Shown here one piece after another: positions 9,082 through 20,500 of a stretch of 64,000 bases of DNA. A program made the position numbers and the translations under genes. How positions within the stretch are numbered: the stretch's first letter is position 1; each line of letters begins with the position of its first letter. Under the pieces are notes generated by a model. The model saw only the letters and a program-made list of their open reading frames with translations. It was not told the origin of the DNA and ran no database searches. This DNA is from a virus (lineage: Duplodnaviria > Caudoviricetes): the IMG/VR virus record IMGVR_UViG_3300037067_026422. One strand, 5' to 3'.

Positions 9082-10782
9082 ATGAACCTACCAATCAAAG
9101 TCATAGTAAAAGGAAAAGGTGAACAAACCCTTGATCAAAATTCTTATGTAGCAGCGGGGGGATTTGGAACTGTATGCAAATTAGGCAGTGTGGCCTATAA
9201 AATATACCATGACTCAAAAAGCATGATCTCTCAAGCTAAAATAGACGAACTCCAGGCTATCTCCCACCTCGATAATGTACTCGGTCCCCGGGATACTCTT
9301 CTTGATCCTAAATCAAATGCTCCAATAGGGTTCACAATGCCTTACATCAAGGATACAGAGTTCCTCACCAGATTATTTAATAAGAATTACAGGGCAGATA
9401 ACAGCATCACTCCGGAAATGATTGTGAGCCTGGTAAAAATCATGCAGACTACCCTCTCCGAGATACATAAGTGTGGTATCCTGACGATTGATTTCAATGA
9501 AATGAATTTTCTAACCACTATGAAGTATGACAAGATTTATTTCATTGATGTAGACTCTTATCAAACAAAATCTTTTCCAGCGACTGCTCTTATGGAAAGT
9601 GTACGGGATCGATTATCTCCTAAAGGACTATTTTCTGAAAAAACAGACTGGTTCTCCTTTGCTATAGTATCATTCCAAATGTACATGACTTACCATCCAT
9701 ACATGAAAGGTAAGCATCCAAAGTATCTACCTAAGGACTGGTCTGCTCGAATGGACAAAAACATAAGTGTCTTCCATCCTGATGTCATACTCGCTGATAT
9801 ATGGAAAGATTTTGGAGTCATTCCTCCACCTCATATGGAGTGGTACAAGGCAGTCTTTCATAAGGGAGATAGATGCGCACCCCCACTGCCAGATGGAGCT
9901 ATCCTTATAGGTCCTATGCAGCCTACACTCATAACTGGAAATGAGCAGTTTGTGGTAAAGAAGCTATTGGATTTCCCGGAACCTATCATAGGATACTATT
10001 TCTTGAATGGGTTAATGTATGTCATCACCACCAAAGCCATATACACTGGTAATAGAAAAGTTAAAGATCTTGGGACAGTATCAAAAGGTGTTAGCTTGGT
10101 AAATGTACCCGGCTCTGATCCTGTACTGGCTATAAAATCAGAAGCTATAATTACTTTTGAGGACATATCTGGAAAACAGATAGGACAGATCGCAGCTACA
10201 CAAGCGATGCACTACAATGGTAATATTTATACGGTTTACAACGGTCGACTAACCGAGAATAGTTTTATACATGCCGGAAAAAACGTGATACACTCTACCA
10301 AACAGGTAAGCAATATATTTGAACCTGCTACCAGACTCTTTTCTGGTGTGGCTATCCAGGATATACTTGGAAAAAGTTGGGTAGCTATTCCCTATCAGAT
10401 CGGGAGATGCATTAATATCCCTGTAAAAGAATTGGAAGGCATGCGTATTATTGATGCAAAGTTCGAACATCATATCCTGATGGTCATCTCTGAGAAAAAA
10501 GGGAAGTACTCTCGATATATCTTTTGTTTTGAGGAAAGTATGTTAATGTATACCTGTAGAGTAGAAGATGATGTGAATGAAACATCAGTGAGCTTCACTT
10601 GTCTGAGTAACGGTATCTGTGTTCATCTCTCTGACGATGATACCCTTGAAGTCTTTCGGGACAATAGTAAGATAAAAACAGTAAAAAACCCTCCTATCAC
10701 TACAGATATGAAGTTGGTCAATGATTCTACTGGTATTATATTTATTAATAAGAAAGGACTTTATAGCTTAAAGCTCAAATAG
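9082..10782 (+). CDS. Ser/Thr kinase-like protein (TerY-P type) with a beta-rich C-terminal region
   Basis: AAGGFGTV, AYKIY, GFTMPY, IDFNEMNFL, FIDVDSYQ and TDWFSFA motifs. Confidence 0.85.
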   Translation: MNLPIKVIVKGKGEQTLDQNSYVAAGGFGTVCKLGSVAYKIYHDSKSMISQAKIDELQAISHLDNVLGPRDTLLDPKSNAPIGFTMPYIKDTEFLTRLFNKNYRADNSITPEMIVSLVKIMQTTLSEIHKCGILTIDFNEMNFLTTMKYDKIYFIDVDSYQTKSFPATALMESVRDRLSPKGLFSEKTDWFSFAIVSFQMYMTYHPYMKGKHPKYLPKDWSARMDKNISVFHPDVILADIWKDFGVIPPPHMEWYKAVFHKGDRCAPPLPDGAILIGPMQPTLITGNEQFVVKKLLDFPEPIIGYYFLNGLMYVITTKAIYTGNRKVKDLGTVSKGVSLVNVPGSDPVLAIKSEAIITFEDISGKQIGQIAATQAMHYNGNIYTVYNGRLTENSFIHAGKNVIHSTKQVSNIFEPATRLFSGVAIQDILGKSWVAIPYQIGRCINIPVKELEGMRIIDAKFEHHILMVISEKKGKYSRYIFCFEESMLMYTCRVEDDVNETSVSFTCLSNGICVHLSDDDTLEVFRDNSKIKTVKNPPITTDMKLVNDSTGIIFINKKGLYSLKLK

Positions 10783-11173
10783 AGGATAGATATCTGAGAA
10801 GAACTTTATGAATAAGTTCCTGAGAGGCTTTCTTCTTACGTGGTTTGTTTCGGGGACTCTTTTTCCAGAAATGGTTTCCGCGGGAAACATGGTCTCTTTG
10901 ATGGTCTCCATTGGTGACCAACTCTAAGTTAGAAATCTTATTATTAGTCTTATCTTTGTCTTTGTGGTCTACCTGTTCTTTATCAGTGAGGAGACGTCCA
11001 AGATGATTCTCCATCGTGACCCTGTGAAGATATATATACCGAGCCTTCCTATCAGACCTAGATTCTGAATGAGGGTGGACGGGCTCAGTCTGGCAATATA
11101 AATATCCGTCTTTGGTAGCCTTTATAATGCTACCCGGGATGATTTTAAAGTGTATACTGGCTTTCTCACTCAT
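10775..11173 (-). CDS. Free-standing HNH homing endonuclease
   Basis: YLHRVTME..LGR.L...EQVDHKDKDKTNNKISNLEL. Confidence 0.8.
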   Translation of the reverse strand: MSEKASIHFKIIPGSIIKATKDGYLYCQTEPVHPHSESRSDRKARYIYLHRVTMENHLGRLLTDKEQVDHKDKDKTNNKISNLELVTNGDHQRDHVSRGNHFWKKSPRNKPRKKKASQELIHKVLLRYLSSI

Positions 11174-11339
11174 ACTCTTACTAAAATATTAGGAGGTTAT
11201 CGGAAAATACCTTAAAACAAAGGCTTGTTTTGTTTTTTTTAGCCCTTATTCACACTACAAATTAGTATATTTAATATATAAACTATGGGTTAAACCAACT
11301 CATAGCTTAACCCTTGAGAGAAGTAAGAGTTTTCCCTAC

Positions 11340-11795
11340 ATGAGTGGGAATATTTCTTTCACTGTGCTCACTTTTAGGAACTTAGAAAGTAGCAGACATA
11401 CTACGATGGATGATACCGTTTCAAAGAAGGTGGGGGGTCAGACTCGAGCTGATGCTGCCAGACATGAACTCAAAAAAATATTCAAAAGTGATTCTCATCC
11501 AATGTACCTTTATAAGGATATTGAGTTAGCCAATCACTTCAGTGTCGCACGACACACCATATATAGCATTAGAGAAGAACTTGGGATACCCCCAAGAACC
11601 GAACGCATAATAAAAAAGCTCAAAAACATGGATACTAATAAGTATACCATTAATGAGCTCTCGGCTATGCTGAAGATAAAGTATCAAAATCTGTACAAGG
11701 TTCTCACTGAGGATAATATACCGGTGAAGCCTGATACCCCACCGATCGAAGCAATGATCAAATACCAAAAATCCAGGAAAAAGAAAATAACCTAA
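11340..11795 (+). CDS. Putative DNA-binding protein with two HTH motifs
   Basis: DIELANHFSVARHTIYSIREELGI and TINELSAMLKIKYQNLYKVL; the true start may be downstream. Confidence 0.6.
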   Translation: MSGNISFTVLTFRNLESSRHTTMDDTVSKKVGGQTRADAARHELKKIFKSDSHPMYLYKDIELANHFSVARHTIYSIREELGIPPRTERIIKKLKNMDTNKYTINELSAMLKIKYQNLYKVLTEDNIPVKPDTPPIEAMIKYQKSRKKKIT

Positions 11796-12217
11796 GCCAG
11801 GGTACCATCAGTAGTTACTTTGACTTTCCTCCATATATTGTTTGTATAATCAAATCCGTGTATTTCTACTGCCTTATACTGAGCTGAAAGCTCTGGTAAT
11901 GAAGGCACATATTCAATAGCACTGGGGTTGACAGCATCCTCCACACCAAGGACATTTACACCCTTAAGCCTCATATAAAAGACAGAATTGATAGTCTGTC
12001 CTATGGTTTCTCTCTTAAATTTGTAAAAGATATGCCTGTTACTATAATAAAAATCCGGTGTATTAGGGATACCCCCTTTTATCAAAGCTTCACCAGCCAT
12101 ATCAGAAGCTACGGACCAATACAAATTATATGAGGCATATGTTCCGGTACTGTCAAAGTCCCAGTATACTCGTATCTCCGAATCATTATAGGATATTTGA
12201 ATTGTTGGTGCTGCCAT
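11792..12217 (-). CDS. Hypothetical beta-rich protein, possibly virion-associated
   Basis: Last gene of the fibre cluster; FN3-like W..YNLYW pattern. Confidence 0.5.
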   Translation of the reverse strand: MAAPTIQISYNDSEIRVYWDFDSTGTYASYNLYWSVASDMAGEALIKGGIPNTPDFYYSNRHIFYKFKRETIGQTINSVFYMRLKGVNVLGVEDAVNPSAIEYVPSLPELSAQYKAVEIHGFDYTNNIWRKVKVTTDGTLA

Positions 12218-12257
12218 GTTCTACTCCTTTTTCAGAGCTAATTGTATTAACGTATTA

Positions 12258-13892
12258 TTAAGCTATCCCATAACACTTGAAGATACTTCTACATGTCTCA
12301 TCTATAGTAGGAAGATAAACTTCCCAGGCTTCCTTCTTGAGCTCTGCAGTAGCCCCACCTTCCATATAACTCGTAGGGCGTTGATCACAGTCATCCAAAG
12401 TAAGCTTCTTATAGTGTGCTATGGCTTTATGATAATTACTTATCTTTCCATCTGGACACTCTCTGAAAGGCAAGATATGATCAGGATGCTTACAGGTAGG
12501 CATCACTATTATCCAGTTATCAAATGCTCCTGCCATATGCACTGGGACAGAATCATTAGAAATCAATACAGGAGCTCTTGAAATTGCAGAGATCAGTGTC
12601 CCGACAGATGTTCTGTCTATAAGATTTATAGAATTGTCTCTTAGTTTGAGCTGATATGCTCCACGATTCTCTTGATCATCAGTACCTATAAGACATACCG
12701 GGATCTTTTCAGAGATCCTGTCTACTATCTCCTGCCACCATTCTTCCGGAAAGGATTTGCTTGCCCAATGGCGACCGGCATGCACTATGACCGCTTTAGT
12801 AAGATCAAACCCACCCAGGATACTGTCCAGTTCTTCATCATCTTCAGTTGATACCTCCAACTTGATAACCTTATCAGGAAGAGGCAGCACTCTTTGCAGA
12901 GACGCTATCGAGCAATAGTCTACTGTATGGCAAAGTAAATTAGATATTACAGAATATGTGACAGTAGTAGTATCCGGGAAGGTAGCCATCTTATAAAATG
13001 GAGTATATTTTCTTGGGTCAAACTCATCGTGACTATATACAGGATATTTACTATGTTTGAATAGACGAGGCCAGTGTGTAGTGATAACCACTCTCGCCTC
13101 GTCTTTATATACTTTTTCAATAAATCTTAATGTAGGCTCAGCATCTACCTGATCTCCCATACCACCAGATACTACCACTACTATATTTCGCTTGTATATA
13201 TAATCAGGGGTATCCTTTTTCCAGGTATTAATATCTCCGGATACTATACTATGGATCTCATCCCCAGATGTGGAATAACGATACCCCGCATAATGTATAA
13301 TATACGAAGCATGTCGTACCTCTCCCGAAATATCAAGGCAAGTCATTCGGTTGAACTTATATGACAGATCATACATTAATGATTCTTCTTGTTTTCTTCT
13401 GCTTTCATCGATGGCTATTTTGAGATTGAGGTATCCCTGCTCATAAAAGTTGGAGAATTCCTTTTCAGGCTTTTTGAAGAAATACTTATGACATTTTGAT
13501 ACTACCAGGACACCTGAATTATAATACTTACCATTCCAGTTGATATTTCCTATGTCTATCCCATAAGCCTGTGCAGTTTCTATCAAGGAATATTCACGAG
13601 GAACAAATTTGGCTTCATTGAATCCTCCCATCTTATTATATGGGACGACATCAAATAAATCCGGACAATCCTCCCTGATTATAAGATCTGTATCAAGATA
13701 TATGACACGGTCATAGGTGTTGAGAAGATTACATATTTGAAACTTCTCCCAATGGGGAGTAGTTTTACAGGAGTCAATGACTATGAACTCTGCACCTAAC
13801 CTATCTGCATATGCTTTTATGGTAGGGTGGGTCAGAACTGAAAGTTTTTTAAATTCATCTCCGATACAAATAGTAACAATTGCTTTTTTCAT
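12258..13892 (-). CDS. Bifunctional glycosyltransferase: GT8-like N-terminal domain plus GT9 (heptosyltransferase-like) C-terminal domain
   Basis: YLDTDL, YNSGVL and EQGYLN in the N-domain; GGMGD and ISNDSVPVHMAGAF in the C-domain. Confidence 0.75.
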   Translation of the reverse strand: MKKAIVTICIGDEFKKLSVLTHPTIKAYADRLGAEFIVIDSCKTTPHWEKFQICNLLNTYDRVIYLDTDLIIREDCPDLFDVVPYNKMGGFNEAKFVPREYSLIETAQAYGIDIGNINWNGKYYNSGVLVVSKCHKYFFKKPEKEFSNFYEQGYLNLKIAIDESRRKQEESLMYDLSYKFNRMTCLDISGEVRHASYIIHYAGYRYSTSGDEIHSIVSGDINTWKKDTPDYIYKRNIVVVVSGGMGDQVDAEPTLRFIEKVYKDEARVVITTHWPRLFKHSKYPVYSHDEFDPRKYTPFYKMATFPDTTTVTYSVISNLLCHTVDYCSIASLQRVLPLPDKVIKLEVSTEDDEELDSILGGFDLTKAVIVHAGRHWASKSFPEEWWQEIVDRISEKIPVCLIGTDDQENRGAYQLKLRDNSINLIDRTSVGTLISAISRAPVLISNDSVPVHMAGAFDNWIIVMPTCKHPDHILPFRECPDGKISNYHKAIAHYKKLTLDDCDQRPTSYMEGGATAELKKEAWEVYLPTIDETCRSIFKCYGIA

Positions 13893-13923
13893 TTTATACC
13901 CATCTTATTTAATATTATATTTA

Positions 13924-14697
13924 TTATAGATTACTTGCAGTTGCTATTTTTGTTACATTAGCATCAATAATTCCCTGAATTACCGTATCAGTTACAGCAT
14001 TCCCACTTGATTGTACTGTAGCATCCGTAGCTACAAATGCCATCATAGCTAAGGTATATTTATCCGGATCCAGTAAAGCATTAGCAGCCCATAATCTCCT
14101 CGCATCATTATTTGCCCCTGATACATAAGCATCATTAGCGGTAGTATAAGTATGAGCCAGGTTATTGACCATTGTTAAAGCATTAGTTGCTATACTTCCT
14201 ATAGTATTAGTTTCACTAGCGACACTATCTGCAATAATCACTGCTTGAGCCGGGACAAATAATGATCCATTTACCACATTAACCACCGGTTGCCCCGTAT
14301 TAGCATTACCAGTTAAAAGAGAAGAAGGAATTGCCTCAACAAAAATGCTTTGAGCTGCACTCATGATAGCAGAGCGCACTCTTTTTCTTAATTCTGGGGA
14401 TTCGAATATTTTGCTTATAGAGATAAAAGAATCATCCCCTGTAAAATCAGAATTAACCTCATTACTTAATTCGTTGGCTATGTAATATGCAGCTTCACCT
14501 GCCTCACCTTCATCATGCACTATGAAATTTACATACTTACTTGTTAATACTGGTTTTTTACTTTTCTCAGATAAACCCGTCTGATATACTAATATTTCAT
14601 AAGTTTTTATACTGTTCGGTATGCTGGTGTCTGTTGATGTAGTCTCACGAGCAGTACACCACTGTATAAAATGCAGTGATTTCTGCAATAAGCGCAC
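13924..14697 (-). CDS. Hypothetical virion or fibre-associated protein
   Basis: Position in the fibre module; Ala/Thr/Asn-rich composition. Confidence 0.55.
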   Translation of the reverse strand: MRLLQKSLHFIQWCTARETTSTDTSIPNSIKTYEILVYQTGLSEKSKKPVLTSKYVNFIVHDEGEAGEAAYYIANELSNEVNSDFTGDDSFISISKIFESPELRKRVRSAIMSAAQSIFVEAIPSSLLTGNANTGQPVVNVVNGSLFVPAQAVIIADSVASETNTIGSIATNALTMVNNLAHTYTTANDAYVSGANNDARRLWAANALLDPDKYTLAMMAFVATDATVQSSGNAVTDTVIQGIIDANVTKIATASNL

Positions 14698-14727
14698 TTT
14701 TTAGCATAAGTATCCCCCATTGTTATT

Positions 14728-15960
14728 CTATGTGTTTAAAGTAGAGTTTGCTTTCCAGGCACCATTGATAAGTTGATACATATTGATGACCCTTTTCCAA
14801 GATCCGCTGATATTCACCCAGTATGCAGGCCATCTATACCATGTCTCAGAGTTACAGACCGGTATCCTGTTAGTCCCCGATGCCATGTGCAAAAATGAAT
14901 GAGCTCCCACCACTTGTACCGGGGATGAGTATGATGTTGCATTATTAGTCCCTAATCTACCTTGTGTATTAGATCCCCAGCTCCATACTGATCCATCAGA
15001 TTTTACTGCCATCGAAAAGTTATTACCTAAATTGAACTCTAAAAAAGAGTGACTTCCCACTACTTGTACCGGGGAAGATCTGTTGGTTGTTGTCCCGTCA
15101 CCAAGTTGACCATAAGTATTAGTTCCCCATAACCACAATGACCCATCTGATTTTAAACCTCCGGCTGAACCTGCAGTTTGATCCGTGGTAAGCCCCCCAG
15201 ACACATATACAAAAGAATGACCCCCTATTACGGCTACCGGAGAAGATCTACTGGTGATAGTATTATCTCCAAGATTACCCGTACCATTATATCCCCAGGT
15301 CCATGCTGATCCATTTATTTTAAGACCTATGCTCATACCATTGGTGAGACCCCCAGCTGCTACTTGTATAAAGGAATGACCCCCTACTACTGCTACTGGA
15401 GAAACCTTTGGATCTAATGTATTATTACCTACCTGACCGGTATTATTAATCCCCCAGGCCCAGGCAGTACCATCCCCTTTCAATGCTATAACATGACCTG
15501 AAGAAGCATGCATTTGGGTAAATGAATGACTTCCTATCACCTGTATAGGAGAAGAATATGAGTTATTATTTCCGGTACCTAACTGACCATAAGAATTACT
15601 TCCCCATGCCCATATCTGACCCGTATCCTTAAGCCCATAAGAATTCCATGTACTGGTAGCTATTGAAGTAAATACATGATTACCTACCACCTGTACAGGA
15701 GAAGATCGCGTAGTGAGTGTGCCATCCCCTATCTGACCCTGAGCATTGGTTCCCCACCCCCACATCTGTCCTGCAGCCTTAAGCCCTGCACTACCTCCAT
15801 TAGATCCCGACAACATCATAAAAGAGTGGCTTCCCACTACAGCTACCGGAGAGGATCTATCGGTGAGCGTGTTATCCCCCAACCCTCCTACCCCATTATA
15901 CCCCCACATCCAGGAGGCACCGTTAAGTTTTAATGAAAACCCTTTATTATTACAAGACAT
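14728..15960 (-). CDS. RCC1/BLIP-II repeat beta-propeller protein
   Basis: About 7 repeats of W.WG.N..GQLG.....RSSPV.V.G.H.F; C-terminal VNISGSWK repeats. Confidence 0.85.
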   Translation of the reverse strand: MSCNNKGFSLKLNGASWMWGYNGVGGLGDNTLTDRSSPVAVVGSHSFMMLSGSNGGSAGLKAAGQMWGWGTNAQGQIGDGTLTTRSSPVQVVGNHVFTSIATSTWNSYGLKDTGQIWAWGSNSYGQLGTGNNNSYSSPIQVIGSHSFTQMHASSGHVIALKGDGTAWAWGINNTGQVGNNTLDPKVSPVAVVGGHSFIQVAAGGLTNGMSIGLKINGSAWTWGYNGTGNLGDNTITSRSSPVAVIGGHSFVYVSGGLTTDQTAGSAGGLKSDGSLWLWGTNTYGQLGDGTTTNRSSPVQVVGSHSFLEFNLGNNFSMAVKSDGSVWSWGSNTQGRLGTNNATSYSSPVQVVGAHSFLHMASGTNRIPVCNSETWYRWPAYWVNISGSWKRVINMYQLINGAWKANSTLNT

Positions 15961-15970
15961 AATAGCTACC

Positions 15971-16315
15971 TTATGCTATATACTGTATATAAATAGCATT
16001 ATTTGGATACCCAACAGGAGATGGTGGAGCTGCAGTACCGCTGGTGACATTAAGACCGACTATACCAGTTACACCTTGTGCTCCAGTGAATCCCGGAGCA
16101 CCGGTAAAACCCTGTGCTCCAGTGAATCCAATTATTCCAGTGGGACCGAGTAACCCCGTGGGACCAGGTAACCCTGTGAAACCCTGAGCACCCGTTTCAC
16201 CTACTATAGTGTGGGAATATAACAACCACCTGTCTTGGATTGCCTGATATTGATATATTGTACCTAAACTAGTAGTATATAACTGACCATCTGTAGGGCT
16301 TATAGGAAAAGCCAT
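15971..16315 (-). CDS. Short collagen-like fibre protein
   Basis: G-x-T triplets; N-terminal FPxSPTDGQ.Y motif; C-terminal NAIYIQY. Confidence 0.75.
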   Translation of the reverse strand: MAFPISPTDGQLYTTSLGTIYQYQAIQDRWLLYSHTIVGETGAQGFTGLPGPTGLLGPTGIIGFTGAQGFTGAPGFTGAQGVTGIVGLNVTSGTAAPPSPVGYPNNAIYIQYIA

Positions 16316-16342
16316 AAAAGCTCCTTAAAACTTATCTGTTTT

Positions 16343-17578
16343 TTAAGAAAGTACTGACTTCCAAGTACCGCTTGAGTTAACCGAAGAAGACTGTACCATC
16401 TTCCAGGTTCCACTGCTATTTATATATGTATTATCTACAGGTTTCCATGTCCCGTTTACATTCACGTACATATTAGTATTTTTCTGTATTATTTCTATTC
16501 CCATGTTAGTAGCATTATCCGTAACTCCCGTAGATATTATAATTACTTGACCAGAGCTATTTGCAGTAGTGGTGAATTCTCTTATAACTGCGGTCATATT
16601 GGCATTTCCAGCAGCCACATAAATATCAAAGTTATCCAAAACCAAAGTACCGTTTACCGTAATATCAAATAATCTTGCTCCGGCTGCAGACCAGTATATC
16701 TCTGCAAAATGTATCCGAACAAGATAAACCGCATAAGCAGTAAGCCCTGTTATGGTATAAGTAGTGTTTCCATATCTCTCTGTCTGATAAACTCCCGGAG
16801 GAGCCGGGTTGACTAAAGCATCGGGTATAGTAATAGTCGTGCCAGTAGAAGAAACAGTACCCCCACTATAAAACTGATCTGCAGAGTATGGAGAATCAGC
16901 AGAACCCCCTGTATTTATCTGATATACTTTTACAGCAGTCCTTACAGAAAGAGCCACTCTTACCAATCTATTTATTGTTATAGAACTGGTGGAACTTAAA
17001 GATGTTTCCCCACTTGCTCCTCTTAATTCTGTTATAGAAAAAGTCTGCCCCCCAGTAGTGCCAGCATCATCCAGAATTTCTGTTTGACTCCCACTGTGTG
17101 TAAAGGACCCTGCATTAACCCCCAACACCACAGCTGATAAAACCCAAGAACCACTTGAGGGGCTTAGGGTATTAGTAATAGTCTCACCTGTAGTTTGATT
17201 TGCTTGATGTCTGCTCTCTATAAGACCATAAAAGATACCAGTATATTCCGCACAAAAAACAAATAATTTAGGATTCAAGGAAGTCCCGGATACTGACACA
17301 GCCACTGTTTTAGACCCATCCGTTGGAAGATCATTCTCATATAAACACCAAATTTCACCAATATTATAGGGGCCACTTCCAGATATACCCCCTATGCCCC
17401 TTATCATGGAGTTACCCCCATAAGTCACCGTGTTTAAACTTATGGTGTTATCATTTTCCACGGCTATATAAACTGCTACCATTCTATCAGACCCAGTTAC
17501 AAGAGTATGTGAAAATGAGGCAGACAGTGAGGTAACCGTCCCGGAGTTTGTGTCTGTACCTATTTTAGCGATAGCCAT
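16343..17578 (-). CDS. Malectin-domain carbohydrate-binding protein (putative adhesin)
   Basis: INTGG..ADQFY, YQTERYG, VRIHFAEIY and RLFDITVNG..VLDNFDIY; C-terminal VNxxGTWK repeats. Confidence 0.8.
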   Translation of the reverse strand: MAIAKIGTDTNSGTVTSLSASFSHTLVTGSDRMVAVYIAVENDNTISLNTVTYGGNSMIRGIGGISGSGPYNIGEIWCLYENDLPTDGSKTVAVSVSGTSLNPKLFVFCAEYTGIFYGLIESRHQANQTTGETITNTLSPSSGSWVLSAVVLGVNAGSFTHSGSQTEILDDAGTTGGQTFSITELRGASGETSLSSTSSITINRLVRVALSVRTAVKVYQINTGGSADSPYSADQFYSGGTVSSTGTTITIPDALVNPAPPGVYQTERYGNTTYTITGLTAYAVYLVRIHFAEIYWSAAGARLFDITVNGTLVLDNFDIYVAAGNANMTAVIREFTTTANSSGQVIIISTGVTDNATNMGIEIIQKNTNMYVNVNGTWKPVDNTYINSSGTWKMVQSSSVNSSGTWKSVLS

Positions 17579-17582
17579 TTAA

Positions 17583-20500
17583 CTATGCCACATGCTGAAG
17601 ATATATAGTCCCATACGGGATGCCGGTAGTAGCAGGGGGAGATCCCGTACCATATCGTACAGCTGAAACCAAACCTGATAAGCCATGGTTTGCACTAGTT
17701 AAAGCAACTGTTTCAAAAATCGGATTACTACCTGCGATACCTATACCAGTTACCCCCTGAGCTCCCGTAGTACCCGATAGTCCAGTTGGTCCTCCCAACC
17801 CCGTAGAACCAATTCCAGAAGCACCCGTGACCCCTATCGGACCTTCCATTGAAGCAGAGGATATTTGTACCCAGGCTTGAGCATCTAAAGACCAAACAAA
17901 AAGTGCTTCTTCATCTGTATCCCAGTAGGTGTCCATATCATTAGGCGTTATTGGAGGATTAGAAGACTTATCTATCATGTAGTAACCAGTATATCCTTGT
18001 GATCCTGTAGCCCCGTTTAATCCGGTCTCTCCCTGAGATCCTGTTTCTCCTATACCTTGCATTCCAGTTATACCCTGAAAGCCTGTACTACCCTGGATTC
18101 CGGTTTCCCCCACTATTGATGCTCCAGTATCCCCCGCAACTCCTTGAGCACCAGTTTCACCTACTATAGTAGTACCAGTTTCTCCTTGAATTCCTGTAGC
18201 CCCTATGATAAAAATACCTGTAGTACCCTGAGCACCAGTTTCCCCTTCTATAGAAATACCTGTATGACCTTGGATACCGGTTTCTCCTACTATAGATACC
18301 CCGGTATCTCCCTGAGATCCTGTAGTACCTATGATAAATACACCAGTTTCCCCTACTATAGATATCCCGGTGTGCCCCTGAGATCCTGTATACCCTATGA
18401 CAAAAGCTCCTGTTACTCCTTGTATACCTGTTATCCCTTTAAATCCTGTAAAACCAATAGTACCAGTGTATCCTTGTATACCTGTTACACCCTGTATACC
18501 GGTGTCTCCTTGAGGTCCTACAGAGGTAGCCGCTACAGGAGCTGCTCTTGACCCAAATACCGTCCGTACAGACCTAATCAAGAAACTACCCGTAAGAGAC
18601 CCAGAACGTTGCACAGTTACCTGTGCCGTTATAACGAATTCAGAAACGCTATTACTTAGTGTACCGAATGTAATCTGCCTAGGATCCTCTATCTGAGCTG
18701 TAGCCAGAGTAGAATAGATATTTTGACCCTGCAACCATAGATATCGATATGTCTGTGATTCAGCATCCGAGGTCATAGGCATAGCTATCACCCATATATT
18801 TATATAATTATTTACTGCTACTTGAGTTTGTTGCCATGCTCCTCCGGTAAATTGATTATATGCCACCACACCAGTAACAAGAGGCACTATATTTGCAGCC
18901 CCTGTCACGATAGTGGCTGTAGCCCCAGCACCAGAAAGGTATAACTGTGAATAAGGACCATTATCTGCAAGAGAAGGCACGATAGTAGCAAGATCCTCAT
19001 CCATAACAGTACAGGTATCTACACCGGGCCTATTTTGATCATCTGTAGTGGGTGGTAATATATAGCCATTTAATGCTCCCCCACTATCCCGATATGTACC
19101 TATGGTTTTATGAAGCTCTTTATGAACTTCCCATTGCATGAGTCCATGTATTTCTCGTTGTGCATACTTATTAGTAGCTCCAAAACTAACAATAGCTATA
19201 TGGGCTGTGTAAAATGTCCAGATACTATTAGACCAGACAAAAGCAGAACCATTATAATACAGATACCAAGTTTCGTTAGTATCTGTATGGGGATCAGATG
19301 TCCACGATGTTATAGCATTCCATACCTTGATGCCTCTCCAGTACAATGTGATTGAGGCACCACTTAAAGAAATCGTACGTGCAGTAGAATCATAAGTCAC
19401 TGTTATATCTTCAGGACTAAGAAATCCGGTAGGTTCTCGAGTATCTGATAACATTGTGCTATCAAATACCCCCGTAAGTCCTTGTGATCCAGTCTCACCA
19501 TATACACCAGTAAAACCTTGAACCCCCGTAGCTCCTATGACAAACAAACCTGTTTCACCCAATAATGATAAACCAGTCAGCCCTTGAGGTCCTGTTTCAC
19601 CAACCACAGATGCACCGGTCTCTCCTTGAGGTCCTGTTTCACCAACCACAGATGCACCGGTTTCACCCTGGGACCCGGTTTCACCAACACCAATAAGACC
19701 CGTAACTCCTGGTATACCCTGTAAACCTGTTTGACCGTCACTTCCTTGGTCACCAGTTTCTCCCACTATGGACAAACCTGTATATCCCTGTGATCCTGTT
19801 TCCCCTATTATCGAATACCCAGTAGAACCCTGTGATCCTGTATTACCCTGAAGACCTGTTTCTCCAACTTTGGATTCCCCCGTAGCTCCCTGTATGCCTG
19901 TATATCCCTGTGATCCTGTTTCCCCAACAATAGATATTCCAGTAAATCCCTGAGGACCCGTCTCCCCTATTACAGATACTCCAGTAGCTCCTTGTGATCC
20001 TGTCTCTCCTGTTATGGATAACCCAGTGACCCCTTGTAATCCCGTAAAGCCGAAGAATCCTGTGACTCCCTGGGACCCAGTATAACCGACAACAGATAAT
20101 CCAGTCTCCCCTATTACAGATAATCCCGTGTCTCCCCTATAACCTGTTTCCCCCTGAAGACCTGTAAAACCTAATGCACCTTGAATACCGGTTGGTCCCT
20201 GTATAGATAAGCCTGTTTCTCCTACTCCAGGTGAACCTGTAATTCCCTGGGGCCCTGTATCACCTATACCTGTGTTACCTTGAATTCCTGTTTGACCTCG
20301 GAGGCCTGTTTCGCCTTGTAATCCAGTTTCGCCTTGTAATCCAGTAGTACCTAACCCGTGGGCACCGGTATATCCCTGAAGACCTGTTAATCCTTGTAAA
20401 CCAGTATCTCCTTTAGCTGAAGCTGAACCAGGTATCCCAGTTATACCCTGAATACCTGTTGAGCCTGGAAACCCTGTAACACCTACCCCTGATAACCCTG

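Noticed and set aside
8895-9104. This minus-strand ORF and the many short antisense ORFs inside long genes (e.g. 27260-27793, 18144-18551)
   Set aside because: They overlap better-supported genes on the opposite strand and have no recognisable motifs.
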